A stretch of 64,000 nucleotides of DNA from an uncultured Verrucomicrobiae bacterium (GCA_963707025.1 CAVPOM010000013.1:80690-144689), one strand, 5' to 3'. Numbered from the stretch's first letter, positions 1 through 10,874 are shown. Made by a program: numbers and translations. Notes: generated from the sequence alone by a model not told the origin.

Positions 1-218
1 GCCTGGTTTTTGAGGCCCCGATTCCCGCGGATTTCGCTGTCATTTTGCGACTGCTTCGGCTACCATTGTCAATGAAACGACGCGGCGGTTGAGTCCGATC
101 AGTTTTTTCAAAGGTTTTTGCAATAAAAGAGCGTCTAATGTGTCGTAGATGATGAGGGAAGCTGGGCTTGGCCAGGGCGGGAGTTGAGGGAAGGTTCTGA
201 CAGTCAGCGAGTTGGAAT

Positions 219-865
219 ATGAGCCAGTACAAATATGCGTGTCCGTATTGCGGACAGCACATGGAATATACCGACGCGCATTCTGGCATGCATATCGCTT
301 GTCCGAAGTGCCAGCATCCCATCGTCTTGCCGGCCATTCCGGCTGGCAAACTGACCACTTCGCTGCGCCTGGTGCGGCCGGTGGCCAGCCGGCGGCCAAA
401 TTTCAGTTCACTTTGGCGGGGATCGTGCTGGCTTTGCGGGGCTTCCAGCATTGGAAGATTGTGGGGATGTGCCTGGTGCCCTTTGTCCTGGTGGCCGGAG
501 CTTTGGTGGCGGCCTCCGCCTCGGCCCGCCACCCAGCGGTCGCGCCGGCAGCGCCCGCCGGGGTGGTGGTGGACCCGCAGGCCTTGGACACGTTGACGGA
601 CTTGACCCGCGCCGACCAGTTGGTGCAGGACCAGTTGGCGGTGGTCAGCCGCGCCTTCGCCGCCTGTCAAGCCGCCGAAAAGAAACAGGAGGCGCTGCAC
701 AGCCAGCATCGCGGCCCGGTTGGCCCGGCGACTTTCCAAGCGGTGGACGAAGCCGCCAAGCGGGCGCATCAGGCCCTGGCCAATGCCCGGAAAGAGTTCG
801 AGACAGCCTTCGCCCATTACCAAAAGCTCGGCGGCACCATAGATTACCGGCGCCAATTGCCCTGA
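219..865 (+). CDS. Zinc-ribbon membrane protein, split by a 1-bp frameshift near 386
   Basis: The 219 frame has CPYC...CPKC. The 212 frame has a TM segment and a helical C-terminus. One added C in GCC(C)AG joins them. Confidence 0.6.
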
Positions 866-977
866 TTCTTCCCGGCCCGGCGGAAGGCGCTTCGGTCATC
901 ATTATCGCTGACATCCGGGAATCATCCCGAACGCCCCAAACCAGGGAAACCAATTTGTTCATGGTTCCGGCAGACGG

Positions 978-2375
978 TCATGGCGGGCGGGTCTCGCCGA
1001 TGGCCAGGAGTTGGTGGCGCGTGCGGTAGAAAAGGGTCCCGTCCGAAACAGCCGCGGTGGAAAGGCAGGTTTCGTTGAGGACGTTGGTCGCGGTGACGGA
1101 GAAGCCTCCGTTGGCGGGGATCACATAGACATTTCCAACCTCACTTGTAAAGTACAAATTCCGCCCGTCGGACACGGGAGAGGCGGTAAAACCTTCCGAC
1201 CCATTGCCCAGACGTTCGCTGTAGCGGAGCGCGCCGGTCCTGGCTGCGAAACAGCTCACGATTCCGTAATCAAAGCAGCCGTAAAGGAAGTCACCGACCA
1301 CAATCGGCGTTTGCATGTAGTTTCCCTTGTTCTCCTGCAGCCAGGCCACGCCGGGACTGGCCGGCGGCGCGCCGGTCGGAGTGAGGTCGCCGTGCGCATC
1401 GAGCCAAACCGCGCGCATCGGGCGTTTGGATCCGTGGCCGCTGGTGAAGTAGGCCAGGCCGCCGGCCACGATGGGCGTGGGGACGGGCACGTCGCCGCCG
1501 CCGTCCAGTTTCCAGATTTCCTGGCCGCCGGCGAAGTCGTAGGCACCGGTGTGGTGCCAGCCGTTGACCAGAATCTCGGTTCGTTCAGCCACCTTGGCCA
1601 CCGTCGGCGTGCCCCAGGTGGGAACGTCGCGCCGCGGCGTGCGCCATAATTCACGCCCATCGGCCAGATCGAACTCGGCCAGGAACGAATCCCCCAGCAC
1701 ATCGCACAGCACCACCACTTTGCCATCATGAATCACCGGCGAACTGGAAAATCCCCACTGCGCGTTGGTAGCCATATAGTACCCGGACCTCATCGGGCCG
1801 AGGTCCTTTTTCCACAGCAGCCCGCCCTCGCGATCAAAACAGAACAACCCTTCCGAACCGAAAATCGCCGCGATCCGTTGTCCATCGGTCGCGGGTGTCG
1901 CATTGCAGTGGGTTGATTTGGGATGGCGTTTGCCCCGTGGAATCCCTTCGCAGCCCAGCTTGTCCCACACGATCCTGCCCGTGTCCTTCTCCAAGGCCAG
2001 CAAGCGCCACTGATGCGACTCCTGGTCGTTGGCCGGCGTGATGTCGCCGTAAAGACCCACCTTCACATCCTGATTGCCGGGGCCGACCGCGGTGGCGACG
2101 TAAACCCTGTTTCCCCATATAATGGGCGAAGAATGCGCCAGCCCGGGAATCGCTGTGTGCCAGCGGATGTTCCCGCCTTCTGCGACATTCCAGTGAATTG
2201 GCGTCGGCGCGCCCGCCTCCACCCCGCCGGCCCCGGGACCGCGAAACTGGGGCCAGTCGGCAGCCGCGGCGCCGCCGGCCCAAAGGAGAGCCAGGAAAAA
2301 CTCGGCGTTGCGTGTGTTGCTCACGTTGGAAAGGAAACAAAAAACCAGCCGCGCCGTCAAGCGCGCCGGTGCCAT
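978..2375 (-). CDS. PQQ-like beta-propeller (BamB-like) secreted protein
   Basis: ADWPQFRGP, SSPII, TPATDG, SSPVI and ASPV propeller motifs. The true start may be downstream. Confidence 0.85.
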   Translation of the reverse strand: MAPARLTARLVFCFLSNVSNTRNAEFFLALLWAGGAAAADWPQFRGPGAGGVEAGAPTPIHWNVAEGGNIRWHTAIPGLAHSSPIIWGNRVYVATAVGPGNQDVKVGLYGDITPANDQESHQWRLLALEKDTGRIVWDKLGCEGIPRGKRHPKSTHCNATPATDGQRIAAIFGSEGLFCFDREGGLLWKKDLGPMRSGYYMATNAQWGFSSSPVIHDGKVVVLCDVLGDSFLAEFDLADGRELWRTPRRDVPTWGTPTVAKVAERTEILVNGWHHTGAYDFAGGQEIWKLDGGGDVPVPTPIVAGGLAYFTSGHGSKRPMRAVWLDAHGDLTPTGAPPASPGVAWLQENKGNYMQTPIVVGDFLYGCFDYGIVSCFAARTGALRYSERLGNGSEGFTASPVSDGRNLYFTSEVGNVYVIPANGGFSVTATNVLNETCLSTAAVSDGTLFYRTRHQLLAIGETRPP

Positions 2376-2501
2376 CGCGGCAACGAAGGGACCCCTGCAT
2401 TATTCCGCCCGCATTTTTCCGGCATCGTTTTCGTTTTGAAAATGTTGGAGGAAGGCCCGTTCTCAGAAAGTCATTTTTGTAAAGGGGTAGGCGTCGGTCC
2501 C

Positions 2502-2708
2502 GAATGGCCCTTAGATAATGCGTAAAGCACTGCCAATCAACGAGCTCTGTGAGTGCTCCGTAATCACCGACGCCGAAAGCCGCGATGCATCTCCGAGGGA
2601 AGCCACAAATGCGATTTTTCTGGCTTTCCTGCCCGTTTGAAAATCGCATTATGTAAGGTGCTGCAAATAAACATATTAAGAGCAGAATTCCTTATCTAAG
2701 GGCCATTC
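2502..2708. mobile_element. MITE-like element with perfect 17-bp terminal inverted repeats
   Basis: GAATGGCCCTTAGATAA (2502-2518) and TTATCTAAGGGCCATTC (2692-2708). No target duplication seen. Confidence 0.55.
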
Positions 2709-2812
2709 TTAACTGATAACCTTTATGACCCCTGTACGATTGGGCTAAAGCAACCGGAAGCGAATCCGGCCAACAGCAGCGCGCCAAAAAGGAGCAACGA
2801 TTATTTTTTATA

Positions 2813-5800
2813 TTATCGCGAACGCACCCGGTAAAGGCGACTTGAATAATTCGTCCACTGGGGGTCGCTGAAATAATAAGAGCCGCCAGTAATGGTGTTG
2901 GTCGCCAGCGGAGACCAGACGTGGTTTGCCAAATTTGTGGAGGCTTCCACCACGACGCTCATGCCGTCCGCCCAGGTGACGTCGAACCCAAAGTGATTTG
3001 TCTGCACGCCGAAACTCGAATTGCTGGTTAGCACTTGAGGCGTCCATAGTGCTGTTGGAACACCGGCAAAGTTCGTGGCCCAGCCCGTGGTTTCTGGCAA
3101 ATAATAGACGGTTACATTGTTGTCATACACGAAGACATTTGTCCCACCAAGGCTGGGGGCGCTGCCTTCCATATAGACGCTGACCAGATTCAGGCAACTA
3201 ACGAATGCATAGTTTCCGATACTCGTAACGCTATTGGGGACAATGGCAGTGGTCAGAAGGCAGTTAGCGAACGCATTGTCTCCGATGGTGATGACGCCGC
3301 TGCCGATGGTGACGTTGGCCAGGCTGAAGCAGTCCTCGAATGCACAGTCCCCGATGTTAGTGACGCTATTGGGAATAGTCACGTTGGTCAGGTCGGAGCG
3401 GAAAAACGCAGAGCCACCGATGGTGAGGACGCCCTTGGGAATCTTGTAGGAGGTTGCGAAGTTGCCTGCCGGGTACTCGATAAGCGTGGTCTGGCTCTTG
3501 TCGAACAAGACCCCATCCAAGCTGCTGTAAAATGTGTTTCCTCTATCGACATTGATAGCCGCAAGGTCTCCGCAATATTCGAAAGGCGAGTCTCCGATGG
3601 AGGTAACGCCGCTGCCGATGGTGACGTTGGTCAGGCTGGCGCAGGCCTCGAATGCACCGTCCCCGATGCTGGTGACTCTATTGGGGATAGTCACGTTGGT
3701 CAGGCTGCTGCAATCCAAAAAAGCCTCGTCTCCGATGCTGGTGACGCTATTGGGAATTGTCAGGCTGGTCAGGCTGCTGCAGCCAGAGAACTCTTGTTCC
3801 CCGATGTTGGTGAGACCGCTGCCAATTCTCACGCTGGTCAACGGGCAATACTCAAAGCTCCGTGCCCCAAGGCTGGTCACGCTGTTGGGAATCGTCACGT
3901 TCGTCAGGCTCGTGTTGTTGAATGCGTCCGCACCGATGCTGGCCACGCTGTTGGGGATGGTGACGCTGGTCAGGCTGCTGCAATTTTCGAACGCAGAGTC
4001 TCCGACGGTGGTGACGCTGTTGGGAATCGTGTAGGAGGTTGCAAGGTTGCCTGCTGGATACTCGATAAGCGTGGTTTGGCTCTTGTCGAACAAGACCCCG
4101 TCCAAGCTGCTGCAAAATGTGTTGCCCATATCAACATTGATAGCCGCAAGGTTTCCGCAATATTCGAAAGCCGAGTCTCCGATGGAGGTAACCCCGCTGC
4201 CGATGGTGACGTTGGTCAGGCTGGCGCAGTCCTCGAATGCACCGTCCCCGATACTGCTGACGCTGTTGGGGATCGTGATGTTGGTCAGGCTTTGGCAGTA
4301 ATCGAACGCATCGGCTCCGATGGTGATGACGCCGCTGCCGATGGTGACGCTGGCCAGGTTGAAGCAGTCCTCGAATGCGTTGTTCTCGATGCTGGTGACG
4401 CTTTTGGGCATCGTCACGCTTCTCAGGTTCTGGCAGAAATCGAAGGCAGCGTCTCCGATGGTGGTGACGCCTTTGGGAATAGTGTAACTTCTGCCCAGTC
4501 CACCCGGATATTGAATGAGCGCGGTCTGGCTCTTGTTGAACAAGACTCCATCAACACTATCGTAGGCCGGATTGTTTGTCTCCACGTTTATTGCGGTCAG
4601 ATTGATGCAGGCGCCGAAAGAATTGGTTCCGATGCTGGTGACGCTGCCGGGTATTGAAACGTTGGTCAAAGTGAAGCAATAAGCGAACGCCCCGTCTCCG
4701 ATGCTGACGAGACTGTCGGGCATGGTCACGGCGGTCATGGCGTCACCAGCGAACGCGTTCGTTCCGATGCCAGTCACCGGCAGGCCACCGAGCGTGCCGG
4801 GAATGGTCAACGCTCCACCACCGCCAGTGTAGCTGGTAATGGTGACACTGGTCCCGTCGGAGTTGGTTGTGAAACTGAATTGGCCTTGTACCCCAGAATT
4901 GGCCAGCGCCCCGACAGAATGGCAGGTGGGCGGCGGCAGGGGCAATTGCAGACCCGCCATCGCGAAGAGGTCGTGGCTCGCCCGGTTAAGCAAATCCTGC
5001 AGCGATGTGCTACCAAGGGTCAGGCTGTTTGTGTCCGGGCACCAATTCGCTTCCGCGTACTCAACGTCCACGTAGGGGACTTCCAGATATTGAATGGAGT
5101 TTGTGCCACATGTTCCAGTGTAGAATCCAGCGGCCGGTGTCTGATTGAAGAAGACCGTTAGAATGTTGTAAGCGGCTTCCACTGTGGTGGGCTGGCAATT
5201 TGTATCCGTCGGATCAAGGCAGCCTACCTGTTGCCGTTGGCTCCCGGATACCGGATAATCAAATTCAGCCCCACCGCGAAATGGAGGCGATGGTGGCACA
5301 AGCGAAGTCAGCAGCTTCACGCCGGCAATGCCAATGTCGCCAGTGAGAAGAGTATCGGGGCTGGTGGCTGTCATCCCACCGACTCGGGTGGATTTTCCAT
5401 TGGGACCCTCGACTCCGGCAAAGAACGACAGAATCTCTGTTTTCGCTTCACAAGGCAAGCACTCTTGGTAAAGGTTGCTTTTTTTATTCGTGCTGTTAGT
5501 GCTAGCCTGGCAGTCCATGGCGTACAGTACGTTGTCGCTGTGCGGTGTTACTTCATGGCTGGGGAAGGGGAACTGGTCACCCGCGTCAGGACTCAGGCAC
5601 AGGGTCACGCCTGCAAATATTTGTTCGTACATTTCAATGGTTTGCTCCCACTGATCAATGAACACCTGATCCGTGTTCCGGTACTGGCTGTTGGCCGGAA
5701 AGGAATTTGTAATGAGTATGTTCCACGCATCGTCTGCGTTCGTGCCTGAAATTTGTGTCGAACCGAAGGCAGTGGTAGGGAGAAGCATCTCAGGTGACCC

Positions 5801-6481
5801 GCACACCGGACCCGCGATGGCGATGGAGACGAATGCGGGATTGAAGCCGTATCTGGCATTGAGATGGATTAGGAAATCCTGCCACGCCGCCTTGTAGACG
5901 GGGTTCCAAGGCAGCGGCAAGACGTACCCGTCGGAGTGCTGCATTTCCGGGAAGTTCGTAAAAGTAACCGTCCCGCAATTGGTTGCAACGATTCCTGAAT
6001 TCGTAAAAAGTCCGTCGCAGGAAGGGATGTTAGTCAACAGCCATGGCGGGGAATCAACGCCGGGAGTGATGATCAGTTGCACAGGCTTGTTGGCCGCATT
6101 AGCCTCCGCAAAGGCGTCGTCCAAGTAACTCCAATCGTAACCATCGGAGCCACCAGGGGAATTGGTGGGATCGTATGGTTCGATGTGGTCCCAGTGCTGT
6201 CCTACCGTGATGCCTGAAATAGCCGGGTTGGCTAACAAATCCGCGTAGAGCGTGCGAACGAGACCGTGCAATTCCGCTGTGGACGGTGAAGCAGAATTCG
6301 TTGAAGCAGAATTCTTAAACCCACTTATCGCGGCCTCAACATCCACCTTGGCATAGACGCCCAACGGCCTGGCCGCGCTTTGTAAATCATCGGCCCGGGA
6401 GAGACTCGGGCTTTGTGAGATCAGTAAGATCAATACCCAACAAGCGTTGATATTGCGGGACACGATCATGGTTCTTGACAT
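2813..6481 (-). CDS. Secreted BspA-type LRR protein with N-terminal glycoside-hydrolase-like domain
   Basis: Signal peptide; WDHIEP...YDWSYLD...SPPWL N-terminal domain; many LTxVTIPNSVTSIGDxAF repeats; C-terminal ...EASTNL...W...YRVR domain. Confidence 0.85.
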   Translation of the reverse strand: MSRTMIVSRNINACWVLILLISQSPSLSRADDLQSAARPLGVYAKVDVEAAISGFKNSASTNSASPSTAELHGLVRTLYADLLANPAISGITVGQHWDHIEPYDPTNSPGGSDGYDWSYLDDAFAEANAANKPVQLIITPGVDSPPWLLTNIPSCDGLFTNSGIVATNCGTVTFTNFPEMQHSDGYVLPLPWNPVYKAAWQDFLIHLNARYGFNPAFVSIAIAGPVCGSPEMLLPTTAFGSTQISGTNADDAWNILITNSFPANSQYRNTDQVFIDQWEQTIEMYEQIFAGVTLCLSPDAGDQFPFPSHEVTPHSDNVLYAMDCQASTNSTNKKSNLYQECLPCEAKTEILSFFAGVEGPNGKSTRVGGMTATSPDTLLTGDIGIAGVKLLTSLVPPSPPFRGGAEFDYPVSGSQRQQVGCLDPTDTNCQPTTVEAAYNILTVFFNQTPAAGFYTGTCGTNSIQYLEVPYVDVEYAEANWCPDTNSLTLGSTSLQDLLNRASHDLFAMAGLQLPLPPPTCHSVGALANSGVQGQFSFTTNSDGTSVTITSYTGGGGALTIPGTLGGLPVTGIGTNAFAGDAMTAVTMPDSLVSIGDGAFAYCFTLTNVSIPGSVTSIGTNSFGACINLTAINVETNNPAYDSVDGVLFNKSQTALIQYPGGLGRSYTIPKGVTTIGDAAFDFCQNLRSVTMPKSVTSIENNAFEDCFNLASVTIGSGVITIGADAFDYCQSLTNITIPNSVSSIGDGAFEDCASLTNVTIGSGVTSIGDSAFEYCGNLAAINVDMGNTFCSSLDGVLFDKSQTTLIEYPAGNLATSYTIPNSVTTVGDSAFENCSSLTSVTIPNSVASIGADAFNNTSLTNVTIPNSVTSLGARSFEYCPLTSVRIGSGLTNIGEQEFSGCSSLTSLTIPNSVTSIGDEAFLDCSSLTNVTIPNRVTSIGDGAFEACASLTNVTIGSGVTSIGDSPFEYCGDLAAINVDRGNTFYSSLDGVLFDKSQTTLIEYPAGNFATSYKIPKGVLTIGGSAFFRSDLTNVTIPNSVTNIGDCAFEDCFSLANVTIGSGVITIGDNAFANCLLTTAIVPNSVTSIGNYAFVSCLNLVSVYMEGSAPSLGGTNVFVYDNNVTVYYLPETTGWATNFAGVPTALWTPQVLTSNSSFGVQTNHFGFDVTWADGMSVVVEASTNLANHVWSPLATNTITGGSYYFSDPQWTNYSSRLYRVRSR

Positions 6482-7021
6482 TTATATCCGCCCGATGTGT
6501 CTTGGTTCAGCGTGAAATGGACTTTTCCAGTTCACGTTTAAGCTACTGCCTGCCCGGGGATTCCTGCCCCCAAGCCCAAGTTTTTTAAGGCATGTGGAGG
6601 CTCTGAAATAATAGTCTCCAAAGAGTTTTTCGGTGAGGTTTTGGCCTCCCCAAAAAATGGAGACGGTTTTTATTTCGTCGCCTCATCCCGTTATCCCTCG
6701 GCAGGTTGCTCTTCAGAAGAGCCTGCTTCTGTTTCACGGGACGGGGCCATCATCGCCCCTGCCTGCGGTTCTGTCAAGTTGGTTTTTTCCGTCGGCCGAG
6801 CCAACGCCGCCCTGGCGGCCTGCTGAAAGGGTCACTATAGCTTTGTCCCAGTAAAATTTGAACATCCTGGAAATCAAGGACTTATAAACGGCTGGAAACG
6901 GTTCCGCCATCATCGCCACCACTCCACCACTCCACCACTCCAGTCCCCAACTTAACGGATCCACACGCCTGGAGACCCCCCTCCCGTGCCACGGCTGATC
7001 AAAAGGCCGGCTCGCCGAAAC

Positions 7022-7744
7022 TCATTTTTGCGCGATCTCCAGGTCCGACACGATCGCGCCGGCTTTGAGGCGGATGACGCGCTGGGCGCGCCCGGCCAGC
7101 TCGCTGTCGTGCGTCACGATGACCAGGGTGGTGGCGTGGGCGGCGTTGAGGGCGAACAGGCATTCGATCACCAGCGCGCCCGTCTCGGCGTCGAGGTTGC
7201 CGGTCGGTTCGTCAGCGAAAAGGATTTTCGGCTGGTTGATGAACGCGCGCGCCAATCCGACGCGTTGCTGCTCGCCGCCGGAGAGTTGCAGGGGATAATG
7301 GGAAAGGCGCGCGCCCAAACCGACTTGATCGAGCAAGGGCCTGGCTCTGGCGGCGGCGTTTTTTTGCCCGCGCAATTCCATCGGAACCATGACGTTCTCC
7401 AGCGCGGTCAGGGTGGGAATGAGCTGAAAATTCTGAAAGACAAAACCGATTTTCTCGTTGCGGACGCGCGCCCGCCCGTCCTCGTCCAACGCGCCCAGGT
7501 CCATGCCGTCCAGGCGCACCCGGCCCGAAGTGGGGTGTTCCAGTCCGGCGCACAAACCGAGCAGCGTGGTCTTGCCGCTGCCCGACGGCCCGAGGATGGC
7601 GCAAGTTGAGCCGGCGGCGAGGGCGAAGGAGATATCCCTGACCACCGTGAGCGGTCCGGCGGCGCTGGGGTAGGTTTTGGTCAACTGTTGCGCGTCCAAA
7701 ATGATTGGGTGCGAGCCGGCGTGCGTGTCGGGCGAAGAATTCAC
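7022..7744 (-). CDS. ABC transporter ATP-binding protein, YbbA/LolD-like
   Basis: GPSGSGKT, LSGGEQQRV, FADEPTGNLD, VTHD. GTG start inferred at 7744. Confidence 0.9.
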   Translation of the reverse strand: MNSSPDTHAGSHPIILDAQQLTKTYPSAAGPLTVVRDISFALAAGSTCAILGPSGSGKTTLLGLCAGLEHPTSGRVRLDGMDLGALDEDGRARVRNEKIGFVFQNFQLIPTLTALENVMVPMELRGQKNAAARARPLLDQVGLGARLSHYPLQLSGGEQQRVGLARAFINQPKILFADEPTGNLDAETGALVIECLFALNAAHATTLVIVTHDSELAGRAQRVIRLKAGAIVSDLEIAQK

Positions 7745-7745
7745 T

Positions 7746-8024
7746 TTAGGACCTGTAAATGGAGTGCGTCCCGATGTTGGTCGTGACCACCGTATCCCCA
7801 TCAATATAAAAAGTAATTCGCAAATCTCCCTCCACGACCACCGCATAAACGGTACGTCCGAAAATAGCGGACAAGGTGTGAATCTTATGGGTGCCTAAAC
7901 GCGGGTCGAACGGGTTCAGCTTGAAGATTCGCCAAAGGCGACGAATGGAAACCCACTGTTCCCGGGGCAATTTCTTAAAATTGCGCCAGAACTGCGGTTG
8001 GGCAACGTAGCGGTAAGCCTTCAA
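7746..8024 (-). CDS. RelE/ParE-superfamily toxin
   Basis: 92 aa, basic; F.RNFKKL...NPFDPRLGTHK...DLRITF...IGTHSIY. Overlaps the upstream small gene by 4 nt. Confidence 0.75.
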   Translation of the reverse strand: MKAYRYVAQPQFWRNFKKLPREQWVSIRRLWRIFKLNPFDPRLGTHKIHTLSAIFGRTVYAVVVEGDLRITFYIDGDTVVTTNIGTHSIYRS

Positions 8025-8257
8025 ACTGGCGGAAGCTCAAAATGCTCGTCGCGAATCTCGATGCCCAGGCCATCCTCGGCTTCCTCGAAACCAATCCAGA
8101 CATCTTCCGGCACTTCTGGATGCGCGAAACGCCGCAACTGCCGTTCCAGCGTCTTGAGGGCGGCCGGAGAAAGCTCCTGGAGCGCACCGCGAATGATGCG
8201 GGCGCGTTCCGTTTCCGGCAGGGTCTTGAGCTCGTTGGCCAGCATGTCGGCGGTCAT
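8021..8257 (-). CDS. Putative antitoxin
   Basis: Small protein with an acidic C-terminus, coupled to the RelE-like toxin. Confidence 0.65.
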   Translation of the reverse strand: MTADMLANELKTLPETERARIIRGALQELSPAALKTLERQLRRFAHPEVPEDVWIGFEEAEDGLGIEIRDEHFELPPV

Positions 8258-8364
8258 ACGGTTAGTATTGCCGATTTGCCCCGGCGGGGCAAGACACATT
8301 TGGGGCGTTTGCCCCGTTTCCGGCTTGTTCCTGCGAAAAGTTTAGGATAGGATGGGAAACTGGA

Positions 8365-9432
8365 ATGAATATAAACCGCCCTGTTAGATTTCTCCTTTTC
8401 CTGGCCATGCTTCTGACTGTGGCCACCCCCGGCTATTGTGACACGGCGGTCGATTACCTCAATCGCGGCAATGCGAAACACGAAAAAGGCGACTTGGACG
8501 GCGCCATCGCGGACTTCACCAAAGCCATTGAACTCGATCCCGGCTATGCATGGGCCTATGGTCGTCGTGGCAATGCTAAGCAAGCGAAAGGCGACTTCGA
8601 CGGCGCCATTGGGGACTACACCAAAGCCATCGAACTCAAACCCGATTATGCGGATGCCTACGGTTGTCGCGGTCAGACGAAGGAATTCAAAGGCGATTTG
8701 GACGGTGCCATTGCGGACTGCACCAAGGCCATCGAACTCAGACCCAATTATGCAGAAGCCTACGGCGCTCGCGGCAACGCGAAGGCGGACAAGGGCGACT
8801 TGGACGGCGCCATCGCGGACTACACCAAGACCATCGCACTCAAACCGGATTCTGAGGGGGCCTATACCGGTCGTGGCATGGCGAAGCAAGCAAAAGGCGA
8901 CGCAGCGGGCGCATTAGGTGATTACAACAAAGCCCTCGAGCTAAATCCAAAAGACGTTGGGGCATTAGACAATCGAGGATCTCTCCGTTATGACGCGCAC
9001 GATTTCACCAATGCTCTGGCTGATTTTCGCAAGGTTCTTGAGTTGTATTCCTCCATTGATTTTCCCCGTTTCCGGGTTTGGCTGATTCGCGCCCGGTTGG
9101 GCGAGACGGAGGCCGCCACCTCAGAGTTACAAACCTATCTGGCCGGTCGTACGACCGGCAAGCCCGACGACTGGGCTTCCAAGGTCGGCCATTTTCTCAC
9201 CGGTCAACTGAGCGAGTTGGAATTCCTGGCCGCCGCCAAAGATGCAGACCAGAAGACCGAGGCGAGCAAATTGTGCCAAGCGTATTTTTACGCGGGTTCA
9301 AAACGACTTTTCGCCGGCGACAAGGCCACGGCCATGGATTATCTCCAAAGATCCATCGCCACTGACAGAAAGGACTTCATTGAATACGCCAGCGCGGTTG
9401 CGGAGTTGAAAGCTTTGAAAGGGCAGAGGTGA
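8365..9432 (+). CDS. Secreted tetratricopeptide repeat protein (NlpI-like C-terminus)
   Basis: Signal peptide; repeated GDLDGAIADYTKAIEL.P.YA.AY 34-aa units; CQAYFYAG...FIEY C-terminus. Confidence 0.9.
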   Translation: MNINRPVRFLLFLAMLLTVATPGYCDTAVDYLNRGNAKHEKGDLDGAIADFTKAIELDPGYAWAYGRRGNAKQAKGDFDGAIGDYTKAIELKPDYADAYGCRGQTKEFKGDLDGAIADCTKAIELRPNYAEAYGARGNAKADKGDLDGAIADYTKTIALKPDSEGAYTGRGMAKQAKGDAAGALGDYNKALELNPKDVGALDNRGSLRYDAHDFTNALADFRKVLELYSSIDFPRFRVWLIRARLGETEAATSELQTYLAGRTTGKPDDWASKVGHFLTGQLSELEFLAAAKDADQKTEASKLCQAYFYAGSKRLFAGDKATAMDYLQRSIATDRKDFIEYASAVAELKALKGQR

Positions 9433-9484
9433 ATTTTTTCAGCAAGGGCGTTGTCAGGATGGCAGAATAATGTAGGATTCATCC

Positions 9485-9766
9485 ATGAAGACGGATACCT
9501 ATCCCTTGGCCGTGCCGCCCGATCTGCTCGGGGAGGTGCGGCAGGCGTCTCAGGATTTGGGTTTGTCCATGGCGGACATCATGCGGCAGAGCATGAAGCT
9601 GGGTTTGCCTAAACTTCGCGAGCAGTTGTCCCCTGATCCGCTAAAGAACTTGAAGCCGTTGTCGAGAGCGGAGTCCCGCCGCTGCTACCAGCAACCGAAC
9701 CGCGAATTTGACGCGCTGGAACATCACCTCGCCGGCTTGCCCTCCCCGCCCCCGGAAGCGGAATGA
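9485..9766 (+). CDS. Putative RHH antitoxin
   Basis: Ribbon-helix-helix-like N-terminus (YPLAVPPDLLGEVRQ...SMADIMRQ); ATGA overlap with the toxin. Confidence 0.7.
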   Translation: MKTDTYPLAVPPDLLGEVRQASQDLGLSMADIMRQSMKLGLPKLREQLSPDPLKNLKPLSRAESRRCYQQPNREFDALEHHLAGLPSPPPEAE

Positions 9767-10086
9767 AAGCCTGGGACATTTTCAGTTGGCAGGCTCCCGG
9801 CTGGCCCGAGCTGCATCCGGCCGTCATTGTGTCCCACCCCGACCGGGTTGCCAACAAACAGGGCGTGACGGTGATTATATGCGCCTCCCGAAGGACCAGC
9901 CGGCAGCCGGAACCCAATGAGGTGATTCTCGATGCCACCGACGGTCTCGACGGGCCGACCCTGTGCAAGTGTGACCTGCTCTACACCATCCAAAAAGCGA
10001 ATCTAGTGAACCGGCGTGGCGGAGTCAGCGCCGAGCGCAGGAGGCAGATCATCGCGACCATCAATCGCGTCAATGGCTGGCTTTGA
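9763..10086 (+). CDS. MazF/PemK-family toxin
   Basis: MKAWDIF...HPAVIVS...DGLDGPTLCKCDLLYTI pattern. Confidence 0.75.
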   Translation: MKAWDIFSWQAPGWPELHPAVIVSHPDRVANKQGVTVIICASRRTSRQPEPNEVILDATDGLDGPTLCKCDLLYTIQKANLVNRRGGVSAERRRQIIATINRVNGWL

Positions 10087-10202
10087 AGCGGCTTGCGCCA
10101 GCCGGATGCGACGTTCCGAAGATGCAGGGGGAAAATGGGCTTTGTCCCCGATTCAGTTACGGAGTCTCTTGCATGAGCAGGGCAATTGGTCAAACTTGTC
10201 CT

Positions 10203-10874
10203 GTGAACTTTTTCAGCAAGGGCATACCAAAGGCCGCGCTGCTGGCGGCGTGCCTGGTGCCGGCGGGCGCGCTGGCGGCGCGGGTGGATGATCCGCCCAG
10301 GGGCAGCACCAATCGCCCTGCCATCCTCGTGCTCGGCGACAGCCTGGCGGCAGGATTGGGGGTTGATCCGAGCGAGGCTTATCCGGCGTTGTTGCAGAAG
10401 AAAGTGGACGCGGCCGGCCTGAACTACGCCGTCATCAACGGCGGGGTCAGCGGCGACACGTCGGCGGGAGGCTTGCGGCGGATCAACTGGTATTTGCGGC
10501 GGAGAGTTGATGTGTTGATCCTGGAACTGGGCGGCAACGACGGTTTGCGCGGCGTGCCGCCGGCGGCGACGCGGACCAATTTGCAGGCCATCCTTGACAC
10601 GGCAAAAAAAGCCTGGCCGAACATCAAGATCGTCATCGCCGGGATGCGGCTGCCGCCCAATCTGGGCCAGGAATACACCGATGCCTTCGAGACAGTTTTT
10701 CCGGCGCTGGCGCGGGAGAACCGGGCGGCCTTGGTGCCATTTCTGCTGGAAGGCGTGGGAGGCAAGCCGGAGTTGAACGCGACCGACCAGATTCACCCGA
10801 CGGCCGCAGGCCACCAAATCGTGGCGGAAAACGTCTGGAAAATCTTGAAGCCGGTGCTCGAGGGGAAGCCATAA
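10203..10874 (+). CDS. tesA: Arylesterase / SGNH hydrolase (TesA-like)
   Basis: GDSL, NGGVSGDTS, ELGGNDGLRG and DQIHPT motifs. Start inferred. Confidence 0.88.
   Translation: MNFFSKGIPKAALLAACLVPAGALAARVDDPPRGSTNRPAILVLGDSLAAGLGVDPSEAYPALLQKKVDAAGLNYAVINGGVSGDTSAGGLRRINWYLRRRVDVLILELGGNDGLRGVPPAATRTNLQAILDTAKKAWPNIKIVIAGMRLPPNLGQEYTDAFETVFPALARENRAALVPFLLEGVGGKPELNATDQIHPTAAGHQIVAENVWKILKPVLEGKP

Noticed and set aside
3200..4760. 69-bp periodic repeats
   Set aside because: They are BspA LRR coding repeats.
6555..6790. Possible insertion-sequence end remnant upstream of the BspA gene
   Set aside because: The resemblance is vague, with no paired ends or transposase.
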